Assembly (NCBI GenBank): GCA_051294375.1
Contig: CM119266.1
Coordinates: 25,064,659 to 25,128,658 of the forward strand
Length of the DNA stretch: 64,000 nucleotides
Direction: 5' to 3'
Source of the DNA: Paraspadella gotoi
Lineage: Eukaryota > Animalia > Chaetognatha
A model generated the notes under the pieces. It did not search any database. It worked only from the letters and a program-made list of their open reading frames with translations, and had not been told where the DNA came from. Position numbers and translations under genes: made by a program. How positions within the stretch are numbered: position 1 is the stretch's first letter; every line of letters starts with the position of its first letter. This document shows, piece after piece, positions 11,597 to 27,051 of this stretch.

Positions 11597-14500
11597 GAAA
11601 AAAAAAGAAAGAAATCACGCCCGATGAGAGTGTTTGACAATATCTCTCCGTTTCAATCCACCGTCTTCTCGTACTCTCTCACATTCCCGTTATACTTCGT
11701 TCAGATCCCGTTCGCCGTCAAACTGATCTCTATCCCATCATCGTCGTTAAACGTCCCCGTTGCGCTACCGTCGTACCTCTCTCCTCTCGGCTCCTCCTCT
11801 CTCCCTCCTCAGGTTGTAAAAAAACTGATCTTATAGCAAACGAGGACGAAGGAAAGTAGGGCGAACCTGTGCGGTCACTCAGGATCGCCCGTCTGAGGCG
11901 GTGGGGAATGAGTGATAACTGTGAGAAGAGACTTCCCGTCCTAGCTCTAACCGACTTTAACTCATACCTCACCTTATTCCAGCTGTTACCTTCATCTAAA
12001 CAAATCTCAGACCGTTCCTTCTTACCTTCTCCTCACCTACCTCCCCCTTTCTATACCTCTCTCACTCTCCCTCCACTTTTTTTTTCCCGCCTGCGCCTCC
12101 CTCATACCGCGGGAAAATCTATCGAAACTCTTGCGCTTCCGCCTGCAATCACTATCGCGGCCGCGGGTTCCCTCACTCTGCAATTTCAAATTCTCTCGCC
12201 TCGTTGTTGAACACTTGAGAAGAGAAACAACCGGACGTAGTCGCGAATGAATGCCGGCTTGGGGGTAATATAGTGGGAGAAGTGTTGTTTTATGAGAATA
12301 ATTACGAGAAAAGGAGGGACAAAACAGGCAAAAGGAAAGGAAGACGAAGAGTTATAGATAAGAGGGGCTCATGCTCAGAGTGAAGTCGATTAATTAGGAA
12401 TATATATATATATATACTATTCTATCGTATATATAGTAATTCCGCGGTGCCCAGATAGCCGATGCGAATAAAGGGACATCATTATGACACTGTGTATATA
12501 TCGTGGTCTTATTTGTTTACCGTCCAAATTCCAATCTAGAATTCTTCCTTTGATCCTCCTACTCTTCTCTCTCGCATCTCCTCTCTCCTTTCCTTTCTTA
12601 TTCCACCACAATTAACTATCTCTATCTTTGAAAACTGCTTCTCGTCTACCGTTTTGCCACTCTCTAATCCCTCCCGTGAAATAACACAAGTTCTTTATTA
12701 GATTCCCGCTTCGTCACAAAAATCATTTATCCGTTCAAAGATATTTCGCTTCTGTTTATAACGAACAAAAAATAAATATTTCAACTAAACAATTAAAACT
12801 CACTGGAATCAATCATTCTTCCCATTACGATTCAAGTTCAATTAACGTCGATTTCGTTTCACGACCACGCGTCTCGATATCGTCACAAAATGTCTCGTTC
12901 AACGGAAATTCACGTGATCGCAATCAGCGTTGTCATTTCACACTCAGGTTTTCCTCATGCCCTTAAACGTCTCTTTCTCGTTATCTTTTCTTACTGCCGT
13001 CGTCGTCTTGTTGTTGTCGTCTCGCGAGTGCAACAAAGCTCAAAAAGATAGGAAATGTTCATATTCTTTGTCTTGGATGTTCGTTCCCTAGCGTGCCTTT
13101 ATCTTCGACCGGAAATTGTAATTAAGTAGATAAACGACGTATTAGATCAAGCAACGGACAAACAGAGAGATATAGAAAAAAAACATGATTATATGAACAA
13201 CCAACAATCAAATTACAAAGAATACATTTGGTAAAGAGTTAGAAACTAAACAAAAAGAAAAGAAAAAGAAAATCCACTGATGCGTCTTAAACTCGTCATC
13301 GGGTCTCGTCGTCGTCGTCGTCTTCGTGCGTTAAAAGATCTTCATAGGGTCGTAAGAGTCAAAAGAGGAGAGGGTCACCAAGGCCTCGTAAGGTAAAGGT
13401 CAAGAACAAGAATCAGAGAGAAGTCTATAGTAAGAATCGAATCGAGAGAATATTTATATGAAAACTATATACTGAGAGTCTTTTCATTTATTTAATCGGC
13501 TTGGTTGGAAGCAGATGAATCCGATTGAAGAACCCTGGAGAGGTTTCGAGGCGGGTAATACAGTAGGTCAATAGCCAAGAAGAAGCTAACAAGGATTTTC
13601 CCCATGTCAGGCGACACGCCCCAGATGTCACGTCAAAAAAAATAAAGCGACTCGCATCTTGGAGTAATCGACCGCAGTCAGATGCAATCTGGTCCAAAAC
13701 AATCACAAATGTACGCCAATAACTAGAGCAACAACACTGCTGTTGTGTAAAAAACCAAAAACATCGCACTTCGTATAGAGTGACAACAAACTTACTATCA
13801 CGTAAGTTGATTGACAGTCAACAGTCAACGACTTTCTCCTCCTCCTACTCCCCTCCTCCTCACTCTACTACCTTCCCCTCTTCCAATCTTAATACCCTCC
13901 CCCCCCACACTCCTACAACCGACTCCTTATTTCTCCGCTCATATCCCTCACATTGGCTGCGCCTTGGCGTTATCCCACACCACCTACTTCCTCCATCAAC
14001 ATGCCCCGTCGCCCCCCTCAATTATACCACGACTGAGACAGCTTTAGACTGTTCATAGCGACTGGCAAACGTTACTAAACCAACATCTTGTACGAGCCAG
14101 TTGGTAGACCGTCGAAACCTATCCGAGAGTTACGTTGCTCTTTGTACTTTCGCAAAATGACTCGCATCGTCATCGTTTAAGACCGGTATCTTGCTTCTGC
14201 ATAGTGGCATCCAGCCAGAGCAAACCCTGAAGAATTAAACAGTTTCTAACTTATTGTATCCCTAATTTCAAATTCCAAATAGAGGCGGGTCGGCCTCGTG
14301 CGCGGAGCAAGGGGATCGTTTGTCACACTCCGTCGGCTCACCCAATACAGTATCTTCTCGCCTAATCCATCTGACGCCATCCGCCCACTTAATATTACAA
14401 TCCTGCTCAATCGGGTTTGGCACCGGCGTCGATGGAACGAATCCATATAATTATATTACGTGCACTTAGAAAAGATCCCACGCTCTAACCTCGCGACCTG

Positions 14501-17500
14501 CAGAGGGGCGCGGAAGAATCGAAAAAACAGCAAAATAACCACGCGCCGAGGCGTTCGAATGTGTCAACCAAAGGGTAATTTCGGGTCGTCGAGCGTACGT
14601 CGTCTGAATTATAAGTGACCTATTATGGTGGTTCTGCTTTAAGTCCAAAAGTAGACAAATAGTCACGTTTGCACGCACTGCTAAGTCGAGCTCGTCGAGC
14701 GGTCGCTTACAGTGCATGTAATATTTTTTCACTATAAGAGTCACACATAAAGCGTTGTCCCTTCGTGTTGACACATCGTCGTCTGTAGGTCGTCGTCGCG
14801 TCGTCAAACGTCATCGCCGTGCCAATTTTTCTTCGTACTTGCGACAGACAGAAGTTAGCTAGGAAATATGGTCGATTTGTATCTAATGAACGTGAAATAT
14901 TCATAAGTAGGGTCTTGATTCCTAGTTGTATTTTCTTTCATTATTTGTGGTGTATTATTACTCTACTCGTGCATTGATCTTATACAGTCAACTGAATAGA
15001 TGATATGATTGCAGACGGAGAAATGAGAAGAGAGAGGCAATGAGAAGAGAAGCAAAAGGAAGTAGATAGAGAGAGAGAAGAGAGAGAGACGAGAGAGAGA
15101 AAGAGAAGAAGAGAAGAGAGAGGAGAGCAAGAGAATAGAGACGTTTGAAAGGATTTACGCGGGAAAAACAAAATGCCGAGTCCCGTGCCAATCGAGACGA
15201 CTGACGACACGAACATTGAACGAAGACGGCCGCCAAAGATCTCTCACAGGAATCGTACACTGGAGCTGCCCCTCGTGTTCAATGAGAAAAAAAAAACGGA
15301 TGTTTTAACTGTCTACACGATGGTCTGTAACAATCCGGGCCCGGATAAAACTCTTTTCGTTTTAGGACTCCGTATTCTTTTTTCTTGTCTTTTTTACGCT
15401 TACCTTCCCTTCGCTCCTTCCTTCTTTTTTCTTCTTCCTTATCTATCCCCGGTTCTTTGACTCTTCTTTTAATCCACCTCCCCCCCTCCTCTTCCCCCCC
15501 CACTTGCCCTTTCCCTTTCTTTTTTCTTTCTTTCTTAAGCCGTTTCGGATTAGTGTTTTGAGAATTTTTTCTTCTGTCTTTTTGTATTTTTGTTTAAAGT
15601 TTTCGATTGTCTTTGTTCGAATTTTTTCAAAGTTACTCGTGTATGTCCTTCTTTCTTCTTCTTGTCTTTTGCTTTTCTTTTTCGTCTTTCTTTCTTTTGT
15701 ATCTTTCTTTCTTCTTCTGTTCAATTTTCTGCCTCCCACAATTTAAACGCTTACATGGTTCCGGCCGTTTGTCGTCGTCGTCGCGTCGTCGTCGTCCGCG
15801 TAAAGAGTTCGTTTCTCACCGAAGACGCTTCTCACACTCAGCGTCTCCCTCTCCATTCATTCTCCTTTCCCTCTCACCGTCAAAATTTCCAAGAATTTCA
15901 ACCACCAAATTCCTTAAAATTCCAAGAGTCTATCCTTTTAAATTTCGTCCACGAAACATTTAAATAACTTTAAACATTCAATTTCGTCAGCTAAAATAAC
16001 CGGCCAAAGCAACAGCGTCCAACATCGAATCGCCACTCCACGTCGACGCCACTACCCACCCACCGAGCTAACCTCCAAAGCCCACCAAGCTCCATGGACC
16101 GCTCGCCATCGACATCGCTCGAGCCTGCTTCCGCGACACTTCACATGCTTTTATATTCTCCCATCTTTCCTACAATTTTTAACGGCCTGCGAGTCACTCA
16201 TGTCCGACGTTCTTCCCTCCTTTCCTTTTATCTGTCTCCTTCCGTTATTTTCCTTCTCCTTTTTCTCTTTCCCCTTCCTTTTTTATCTTTCCTCCTTTTT
16301 CTTTTTTTATCTTTACGCTCGCAAAACCTTTTTTTAACCTCCTTTCCTTTATCTTTCCCTTCTTTACTTCTCCTCTCCTTTTTATCTTCTCCTCCTTTTT
16401 AATGTTTCCTCCTTTTCTTTTTTAATCTTTCTCGCTACCTTTTTTAACACTCCTCCTTCTTTTATCTTCCTTCTTATCTTCCTCGCTTCTCTTTTTTATC
16501 TTCCTCCTTCTTTTTATCTATCCCGCCGATGTGCTTCCAGTCTACTCGGCCAAAAGCTAATCTTCCTCAAGCACCAAACTTTCCACTTTCCACTAACGTT
16601 TTCTATCGTTTATTCTCTTTTGTCTTTTCATTAGCTTTCGTCCTATATTAAGATTCTAAGGTTTTCTTCTCCTCTTGCCTTTCCTTTTTCCTCCCCAACC
16701 CTCTTTTCTTTTTCTAATCTTCCTCCAATCCCCTCTCCACAGTCGAATTCCCGGTGACCCTGAGAACTCAATTTCGCCCGTTCAATGACGCGAATTGACT
16801 TCCTAACCTCGTTTTTCTGACTCCTTTCTACTTCTCTTTCCTAATGTTTTCCACTCTCTCTCGCGTCTCGTCTCTCTCTCTCCCCATCTCCTCTCTCGTC
16901 TCTCTCTCTCTATCCTTGTTTTTTTGAGCGGAGAGAACGGCGGAAGAGAAGATTTGTATTCTCATCAGATATGATGATTTGGCGTCGCGAAGAGAGAAGA
17001 GCATCCAGTGAAACACCACGACGACAACGAACGGAGAACGATGATGATAACAACGACACAAACGATGGAACACGTGGCGGAATCGGCGGATTCGTCGGTT
17101 AGAAAGTTGTAGTGTCAAAGTAGAAAAAACAACTAAACAATAACAACTGTGAATACAGACAAGACGACGATTTCCAAATTATCTTTTTTGGCTTTCTCAT
17201 CCTAACTAGAATAAATATAACCAGAAGTGTAAGTATTCATAAAAGGTGAGACGTTTCGGAAGATAGCATTACCAGTTTACGGAAAAAACTTCTTTATCTA
17301 ACGTTGTTTTTTAGAGAAAATTCACTATTTACGTGACGGGAAAAAAGAAAGTTCGTCTCTCTCTTCTCTCTTCCTCTCCTGTCGTCTCTCCTTCCGTCTC
17401 TGCCGGGAGTTGACAGATATTTCGATCTCTGCTTCTCCTTTATCCCGGCTTAGCCCTTAAGATCAAATTTCCCCCGCCTCAGCTCTTGTTCTTTGTCCGC

Positions 17501-18412
17501 ACAGGACTACGCTCTCTCTCTTCTCGTCTCGTCTCTCTCTTTCTCTCATCTCTCTCTCTCTTCCTCTCTCTCGTCTCGTCCTCTCTCTCTCTCGTCGCCT
17601 TTAAATCATTCCATTTCCCCAGATTTCTTTTCTCTTTCTTGCACCAATTCTTTTCCTTCTCGGTTATCAGAAACTGCGGTCCCCTCAGAAACTCTGATTA
17701 TTTAATTAACCTGGACGTCTAGCTCTTCTTCTCTTTCTCTCTCTCGTCACTCGTTCTCTTCGCCTGCCCATCACGCTCCTCCACTATCACGGTCATCTGC
17801 ACGACAGTATGCACAAACGCTTTTCTTAAACAAGTTACAGGATATCCTCTTTTTCCTTCTACTGTATGTACTACCTTTCCTTCATGAAGGATTTTTTTAA
17901 TTCCGCTTCCTTCTTCAGGTTATTTTAATATTGTAATCTTTAATGTTCCCTCATCTCTAAAAGAAGGACTTTTTAGTTTAGTAAATAAACAAATTAAAAA
18001 CCGCCCACTGATACAGACTAAAAAACGATGAAAATAAACCTTATTAGATTTGTTGCCGAATGATAAAGCATAATAAATGGAAATAGATTAAACCTAAAAA
18101 AAAACTGAGAAAAGGGACAAAGGCAACCAACTTAAGAATTAAATTAAAAAAAAATAATCAAGACAACAATGAAAACAAACTAGTCAAAGTATTAAAGAGC
18201 AATTGGATACAGGGACTTATAGAAATACAGCAACAGTTTAGTCCTGTTAAATTCCGCCTTTGAATTTCGGTGGAAAAATGACCGAAATATTCATAAAAGA
18301 ACCGGAGATTGAAAACAAAGGGAAAAAAATGGCAATCTGGTTTCAAATTCAACTGAAATACCTTTTGAGAGAGAAGAGAGAGAGGAAGAGAAGAGAGAGA
18401 GAGTGAGAAGGA

Positions 18413-18456
<44 letters not shown>

Positions 18457-18644
18457 ACCGACAAGAGTCTTCCCCTCACATTAAATATCACTGTATCCTC
18501 ATCGAATGTTTTGGTTTGTTGAATTCTTTTTCCTTTGCGAAAAGATAAGATTTTAAAAGAAATTCTCTTAAAAAGCTCTAACTCTGGAGAAGGGAAGAGA
18601 TAGATAGTAGGTACCTTCACAACAAGAGCAGAGAGTAGACGAGA

Positions 18645-18676
<32 letters not shown>

Positions 18677-19160
18677 AGAGAGAGAAGAGACGAGAGAGAG
18701 AGAGAGAGCAGACGAAGATAACAGAAAATTTATTAAAATTGGAACCGTTGAAAAGGGCTTAAATTGAAGAACCTTTCAGAGAGCTACAAAGGACATAAGC
18801 AGAGAGAAAGATTGAGAAAGAGAAGAAGAAGACAGTATCAAGCAGCAATAACATTAAAATATTAAAAAAATTTTTATTTTCAACCAGAGCTGGTGATAAA
18901 GAAATAAAAATGGAGAAAAAAGAGAAATAAAATAAGATCTACAAACTTACTTCCAAAGAAAAATAAATAAAAATAATATTAATAAAATAAATAGAATATG
19001 ATATAGATATAGATATATATACTTTGGATTAGGAACAGAATATGTAGAGTGAGAGCAGACCGAGAGAGAGAGAGAGAGAGATGGAGAGAGAGACGAGAGT
19101 GAGGAGAAGAAGACGAGAGAGAGGACGAGTAGAAGAGAGAGGAGATAATTATATAACGAC
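11597..19160 (+). repeat. Copy A of an apparently identical ~7.56 kb direct duplication (offset 7891)
   Basis: Every tracked ORF in this span reappears identically at +7891. The copy ends at a 25-N gap (19161-19185). Likely an assembly artefact. Confidence 0.9.
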
Positions 19161-19487
19161 NNNNNNNNNNNNNNNNNNNNNNNNNAAAAAACCCGTTTAT
19201 TTAAAAAAATCTTTATTTAGAATAAATTTTTTTCTCAAATGATTGAGACAGAATTCCTTCACCTCATTTTTTTTCCCGTGGGCAACCATTCAGTATTTTT
19301 CGAGAAAAAAAAATCGATTTCACCAAAAAAACTCATTTCTGTCATCTCATTCACCGAAGCCGAAACTCTACCGTGAATATCACGACTCTTGAAATAAGTG
19401 AACAAGTGTCGACGTAAACTTCAAACAGAAAAACTTATCCTTAGGCAAAAAAAAAAAAGATTCTTTTTGTTTTTTTCGGGTTTTTTT

Positions 19488-22400
19488 TTAAAAAAAAGAA
19501 AGAAATCACGCCCGATGAGAGTGTTTGACAATATCTCTCCGTTTCAATCCACCGTCTTCTCGTACTCTCTCACATTCCCGTTATACTTCGTTCAGATCCC
19601 GTTCGCCGTCAAACTGATCTCTATCCCATCATCGTCGTTAAACGTCCCCGTTGCGCTACCGTCGTACCTCTCTCCTCTCGGCTCCTCCTCTCTCCCTCCT
19701 CAGGTTGTAAAAAAACTGATCTTATAGCAAACGAGGACGAAGGAAAGTAGGGCGAACCTGTGCGGTCACTCAGGATCGCCCGTCTGAGGCGGTGGGGAAT
19801 GAGTGATAACTGTGAGAAGAGACTTCCCGTCCTAGCTCTAACCGACTTTAACTCATACCTCACCTTATTCCAGCTGTTACCTTCATCTAAACAAATCTCA
19901 GACCGTTCCTTCTTACCTTCTCCTCACCTACCTCCCCCTTTCTATACCTCTCTCACTCTCCCTCCACTTTTTTTTTCCCGCCTGCGCCTCCCTCATACCG
20001 CGGGAAAATCTATCGAAACTCTTGCGCTTCCGCCTGCAATCACTATCGCGGCCGCGGGTTCCCTCACTCTGCAATTTCAAATTCTCTCGCCTCGTTGTTG
20101 AACACTTGAGAAGAGAAACAACCGGACGTAGTCGCGAATGAATGCCGGCTTGGGGGTAATATAGTGGGAGAAGTGTTGTTTTATGAGAATAATTACGAGA
20201 AAAGGAGGGACAAAACAGGCAAAAGGAAAGGAAGACGAAGAGTTATAGATAAGAGGGGCTCATGCTCAGAGTGAAGTCGATTAATTAGGAATATATATAT
20301 ATATATACTATTCTATCGTATATATAGTAATTCCGCGGTGCCCAGATAGCCGATGCGAATAAAGGGACATCATTATGACACTGTGTATATATCGTGGTCT
20401 TATTTGTTTACCGTCCAAATTCCAATCTAGAATTCTTCCTTTGATCCTCCTACTCTTCTCTCTCGCATCTCCTCTCTCCTTTCCTTTCTTATTCCACCAC
20501 AATTAACTATCTCTATCTTTGAAAACTGCTTCTCGTCTACCGTTTTGCCACTCTCTAATCCCTCCCGTGAAATAACACAAGTTCTTTATTAGATTCCCGC
20601 TTCGTCACAAAAATCATTTATCCGTTCAAAGATATTTCGCTTCTGTTTATAACGAACAAAAAATAAATATTTCAACTAAACAATTAAAACTCACTGGAAT
20701 CAATCATTCTTCCCATTACGATTCAAGTTCAATTAACGTCGATTTCGTTTCACGACCACGCGTCTCGATATCGTCACAAAATGTCTCGTTCAACGGAAAT
20801 TCACGTGATCGCAATCAGCGTTGTCATTTCACACTCAGGTTTTCCTCATGCCCTTAAACGTCTCTTTCTCGTTATCTTTTCTTACTGCCGTCGTCGTCTT
20901 GTTGTTGTCGTCTCGCGAGTGCAACAAAGCTCAAAAAGATAGGAAATGTTCATATTCTTTGTCTTGGATGTTCGTTCCCTAGCGTGCCTTTATCTTCGAC
21001 CGGAAATTGTAATTAAGTAGATAAACGACGTATTAGATCAAGCAACGGACAAACAGAGAGATATAGAAAAAAAACATGATTATATGAACAACCAACAATC
21101 AAATTACAAAGAATACATTTGGTAAAGAGTTAGAAACTAAACAAAAAGAAAAGAAAAAGAAAATCCACTGATGCGTCTTAAACTCGTCATCGGGTCTCGT
21201 CGTCGTCGTCGTCTTCGTGCGTTAAAAGATCTTCATAGGGTCGTAAGAGTCAAAAGAGGAGAGGGTCACCAAGGCCTCGTAAGGTAAAGGTCAAGAACAA
21301 GAATCAGAGAGAAGTCTATAGTAAGAATCGAATCGAGAGAATATTTATATGAAAACTATATACTGAGAGTCTTTTCATTTATTTAATCGGCTTGGTTGGA
21401 AGCAGATGAATCCGATTGAAGAACCCTGGAGAGGTTTCGAGGCGGGTAATACAGTAGGTCAATAGCCAAGAAGAAGCTAACAAGGATTTTCCCCATGTCA
21501 GGCGACACGCCCCAGATGTCACGTCAAAAAAAATAAAGCGACTCGCATCTTGGAGTAATCGACCGCAGTCAGATGCAATCTGGTCCAAAACAATCACAAA
21601 TGTACGCCAATAACTAGAGCAACAACACTGCTGTTGTGTAAAAAACCAAAAACATCGCACTTCGTATAGAGTGACAACAAACTTACTATCACGTAAGTTG
21701 ATTGACAGTCAACAGTCAACGACTTTCTCCTCCTCCTACTCCCCTCCTCCTCACTCTACTACCTTCCCCTCTTCCAATCTTAATACCCTCCCCCCCCACA
21801 CTCCTACAACCGACTCCTTATTTCTCCGCTCATATCCCTCACATTGGCTGCGCCTTGGCGTTATCCCACACCACCTACTTCCTCCATCAACATGCCCCGT
21901 CGCCCCCCTCAATTATACCACGACTGAGACAGCTTTAGACTGTTCATAGCGACTGGCAAACGTTACTAAACCAACATCTTGTACGAGCCAGTTGGTAGAC
22001 CGTCGAAACCTATCCGAGAGTTACGTTGCTCTTTGTACTTTCGCAAAATGACTCGCATCGTCATCGTTTAAGACCGGTATCTTGCTTCTGCATAGTGGCA
22101 TCCAGCCAGAGCAAACCCTGAAGAATTAAACAGTTTCTAACTTATTGTATCCCTAATTTCAAATTCCAAATAGAGGCGGGTCGGCCTCGTGCGCGGAGCA
22201 AGGGGATCGTTTGTCACACTCCGTCGGCTCACCCAATACAGTATCTTCTCGCCTAATCCATCTGACGCCATCCGCCCACTTAATATTACAATCCTGCTCA
22301 ATCGGGTTTGGCACCGGCGTCGATGGAACGAATCCATATAATTATATTACGTGCACTTAGAAAAGATCCCACGCTCTAACCTCGCGACCTGCAGAGGGGC

Positions 22401-25400
22401 GCGGAAGAATCGAAAAAACAGCAAAATAACCACGCGCCGAGGCGTTCGAATGTGTCAACCAAAGGGTAATTTCGGGTCGTCGAGCGTACGTCGTCTGAAT
22501 TATAAGTGACCTATTATGGTGGTTCTGCTTTAAGTCCAAAAGTAGACAAATAGTCACGTTTGCACGCACTGCTAAGTCGAGCTCGTCGAGCGGTCGCTTA
22601 CAGTGCATGTAATATTTTTTCACTATAAGAGTCACACATAAAGCGTTGTCCCTTCGTGTTGACACATCGTCGTCTGTAGGTCGTCGTCGCGTCGTCAAAC
22701 GTCATCGCCGTGCCAATTTTTCTTCGTACTTGCGACAGACAGAAGTTAGCTAGGAAATATGGTCGATTTGTATCTAATGAACGTGAAATATTCATAAGTA
22801 GGGTCTTGATTCCTAGTTGTATTTTCTTTCATTATTTGTGGTGTATTATTACTCTACTCGTGCATTGATCTTATACAGTCAACTGAATAGATGATATGAT
22901 TGCAGACGGAGAAATGAGAAGAGAGAGGCAATGAGAAGAGAAGCAAAAGGAAGTAGATAGAGAGAGAGAAGAGAGAGAGACGAGAGAGAGAAAGAGAAGA
23001 AGAGAAGAGAGAGGAGAGCAAGAGAATAGAGACGTTTGAAAGGATTTACGCGGGAAAAACAAAATGCCGAGTCCCGTGCCAATCGAGACGACTGACGACA
23101 CGAACATTGAACGAAGACGGCCGCCAAAGATCTCTCACAGGAATCGTACACTGGAGCTGCCCCTCGTGTTCAATGAGAAAAAAAAAACGGATGTTTTAAC
23201 TGTCTACACGATGGTCTGTAACAATCCGGGCCCGGATAAAACTCTTTTCGTTTTAGGACTCCGTATTCTTTTTTCTTGTCTTTTTTACGCTTACCTTCCC
23301 TTCGCTCCTTCCTTCTTTTTTCTTCTTCCTTATCTATCCCCGGTTCTTTGACTCTTCTTTTAATCCACCTCCCCCCCTCCTCTTCCCCCCCCACTTGCCC
23401 TTTCCCTTTCTTTTTTCTTTCTTTCTTAAGCCGTTTCGGATTAGTGTTTTGAGAATTTTTTCTTCTGTCTTTTTGTATTTTTGTTTAAAGTTTTCGATTG
23501 TCTTTGTTCGAATTTTTTCAAAGTTACTCGTGTATGTCCTTCTTTCTTCTTCTTGTCTTTTGCTTTTCTTTTTCGTCTTTCTTTCTTTTGTATCTTTCTT
23601 TCTTCTTCTGTTCAATTTTCTGCCTCCCACAATTTAAACGCTTACATGGTTCCGGCCGTTTGTCGTCGTCGTCGCGTCGTCGTCGTCCGCGTAAAGAGTT
23701 CGTTTCTCACCGAAGACGCTTCTCACACTCAGCGTCTCCCTCTCCATTCATTCTCCTTTCCCTCTCACCGTCAAAATTTCCAAGAATTTCAACCACCAAA
23801 TTCCTTAAAATTCCAAGAGTCTATCCTTTTAAATTTCGTCCACGAAACATTTAAATAACTTTAAACATTCAATTTCGTCAGCTAAAATAACCGGCCAAAG
23901 CAACAGCGTCCAACATCGAATCGCCACTCCACGTCGACGCCACTACCCACCCACCGAGCTAACCTCCAAAGCCCACCAAGCTCCATGGACCGCTCGCCAT
24001 CGACATCGCTCGAGCCTGCTTCCGCGACACTTCACATGCTTTTATATTCTCCCATCTTTCCTACAATTTTTAACGGCCTGCGAGTCACTCATGTCCGACG
24101 TTCTTCCCTCCTTTCCTTTTATCTGTCTCCTTCCGTTATTTTCCTTCTCCTTTTTCTCTTTCCCCTTCCTTTTTTATCTTTCCTCCTTTTTCTTTTTTTA
24201 TCTTTACGCTCGCAAAACCTTTTTTTAACCTCCTTTCCTTTATCTTTCCCTTCTTTACTTCTCCTCTCCTTTTTATCTTCTCCTCCTTTTTAATGTTTCC
24301 TCCTTTTCTTTTTTAATCTTTCTCGCTACCTTTTTTAACACTCCTCCTTCTTTTATCTTCCTTCTTATCTTCCTCGCTTCTCTTTTTTATCTTCCTCCTT
24401 CTTTTTATCTATCCCGCCGATGTGCTTCCAGTCTACTCGGCCAAAAGCTAATCTTCCTCAAGCACCAAACTTTCCACTTTCCACTAACGTTTTCTATCGT
24501 TTATTCTCTTTTGTCTTTTCATTAGCTTTCGTCCTATATTAAGATTCTAAGGTTTTCTTCTCCTCTTGCCTTTCCTTTTTCCTCCCCAACCCTCTTTTCT
24601 TTTTCTAATCTTCCTCCAATCCCCTCTCCACAGTCGAATTCCCGGTGACCCTGAGAACTCAATTTCGCCCGTTCAATGACGCGAATTGACTTCCTAACCT
24701 CGTTTTTCTGACTCCTTTCTACTTCTCTTTCCTAATGTTTTCCACTCTCTCTCGCGTCTCGTCTCTCTCTCTCCCCATCTCCTCTCTCGTCTCTCTCTCT
24801 CTATCCTTGTTTTTTTGAGCGGAGAGAACGGCGGAAGAGAAGATTTGTATTCTCATCAGATATGATGATTTGGCGTCGCGAAGAGAGAAGAGCATCCAGT
24901 GAAACACCACGACGACAACGAACGGAGAACGATGATGATAACAACGACACAAACGATGGAACACGTGGCGGAATCGGCGGATTCGTCGGTTAGAAAGTTG
25001 TAGTGTCAAAGTAGAAAAAACAACTAAACAATAACAACTGTGAATACAGACAAGACGACGATTTCCAAATTATCTTTTTTGGCTTTCTCATCCTAACTAG
25101 AATAAATATAACCAGAAGTGTAAGTATTCATAAAAGGTGAGACGTTTCGGAAGATAGCATTACCAGTTTACGGAAAAAACTTCTTTATCTAACGTTGTTT
25201 TTTAGAGAAAATTCACTATTTACGTGACGGGAAAAAAGAAAGTTCGTCTCTCTCTTCTCTCTTCCTCTCCTGTCGTCTCTCCTTCCGTCTCTGCCGGGAG
25301 TTGACAGATATTTCGATCTCTGCTTCTCCTTTATCCCGGCTTAGCCCTTAAGATCAAATTTCCCCCGCCTCAGCTCTTGTTCTTTGTCCGCACAGGACTA

Positions 25401-26303
25401 CGCTCTCTCTCTTCTCGTCTCGTCTCTCTCTTTCTCTCATCTCTCTCTCTCTTCCTCTCTCTCGTCTCGTCCTCTCTCTCTCTCGTCGCCTTTAAATCAT
25501 TCCATTTCCCCAGATTTCTTTTCTCTTTCTTGCACCAATTCTTTTCCTTCTCGGTTATCAGAAACTGCGGTCCCCTCAGAAACTCTGATTATTTAATTAA
25601 CCTGGACGTCTAGCTCTTCTTCTCTTTCTCTCTCTCGTCACTCGTTCTCTTCGCCTGCCCATCACGCTCCTCCACTATCACGGTCATCTGCACGACAGTA
25701 TGCACAAACGCTTTTCTTAAACAAGTTACAGGATATCCTCTTTTTCCTTCTACTGTATGTACTACCTTTCCTTCATGAAGGATTTTTTTAATTCCGCTTC
25801 CTTCTTCAGGTTATTTTAATATTGTAATCTTTAATGTTCCCTCATCTCTAAAAGAAGGACTTTTTAGTTTAGTAAATAAACAAATTAAAAACCGCCCACT
25901 GATACAGACTAAAAAACGATGAAAATAAACCTTATTAGATTTGTTGCCGAATGATAAAGCATAATAAATGGAAATAGATTAAACCTAAAAAAAAACTGAG
26001 AAAAGGGACAAAGGCAACCAACTTAAGAATTAAATTAAAAAAAAATAATCAAGACAACAATGAAAACAAACTAGTCAAAGTATTAAAGAGCAATTGGATA
26101 CAGGGACTTATAGAAATACAGCAACAGTTTAGTCCTGTTAAATTCCGCCTTTGAATTTCGGTGGAAAAATGACCGAAATATTCATAAAAGAACCGGAGAT
26201 TGAAAACAAAGGGAAAAAAATGGCAATCTGGTTTCAAATTCAACTGAAATACCTTTTGAGAGAGAAGAGAGAGAGGAAGAGAAGAGAGAGAGAGTGAGAA
26301 GGA

Positions 26304-26347
<44 letters not shown>

Positions 26348-26535
26348 ACCGACAAGAGTCTTCCCCTCACATTAAATATCACTGTATCCTCATCGAATGT
26401 TTTGGTTTGTTGAATTCTTTTTCCTTTGCGAAAAGATAAGATTTTAAAAGAAATTCTCTTAAAAAGCTCTAACTCTGGAGAAGGGAAGAGATAGATAGTA
26501 GGTACCTTCACAACAAGAGCAGAGAGTAGACGAGA

Positions 26536-26567
<32 letters not shown>

Positions 26568-27051
26568 AGAGAGAGAAGAGACGAGAGAGAGAGAGAGAGC
26601 AGACGAAGATAACAGAAAATTTATTAAAATTGGAACCGTTGAAAAGGGCTTAAATTGAAGAACCTTTCAGAGAGCTACAAAGGACATAAGCAGAGAGAAA
26701 GATTGAGAAAGAGAAGAAGAAGACAGTATCAAGCAGCAATAACATTAAAATATTAAAAAAATTTTTATTTTCAACCAGAGCTGGTGATAAAGAAATAAAA
26801 ATGGAGAAAAAAGAGAAATAAAATAAGATCTACAAACTTACTTCCAAAGAAAAATAAATAAAAATAATATTAATAAAATAAATAGAATATGATATAGATA
26901 TAGATATATATACTTTGGATTAGGAACAGAATATGTAGAGTGAGAGCAGACCGAGAGAGAGAGAGAGAGAGATGGAGAGAGAGACGAGAGTGAGGAGAAG
27001 AAGACGAGAGAGAGGACGAGTAGAAGAGAGAGGAGATAATTATATAACGAC
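19488..27051 (+). repeat. Copy B of the ~7.56 kb direct duplication
   Basis: Matches copy A, including garbled microsatellites. The flanks 19186-19487 and 27052-27400 are indel-divergent copies of each other. Confidence 0.9.
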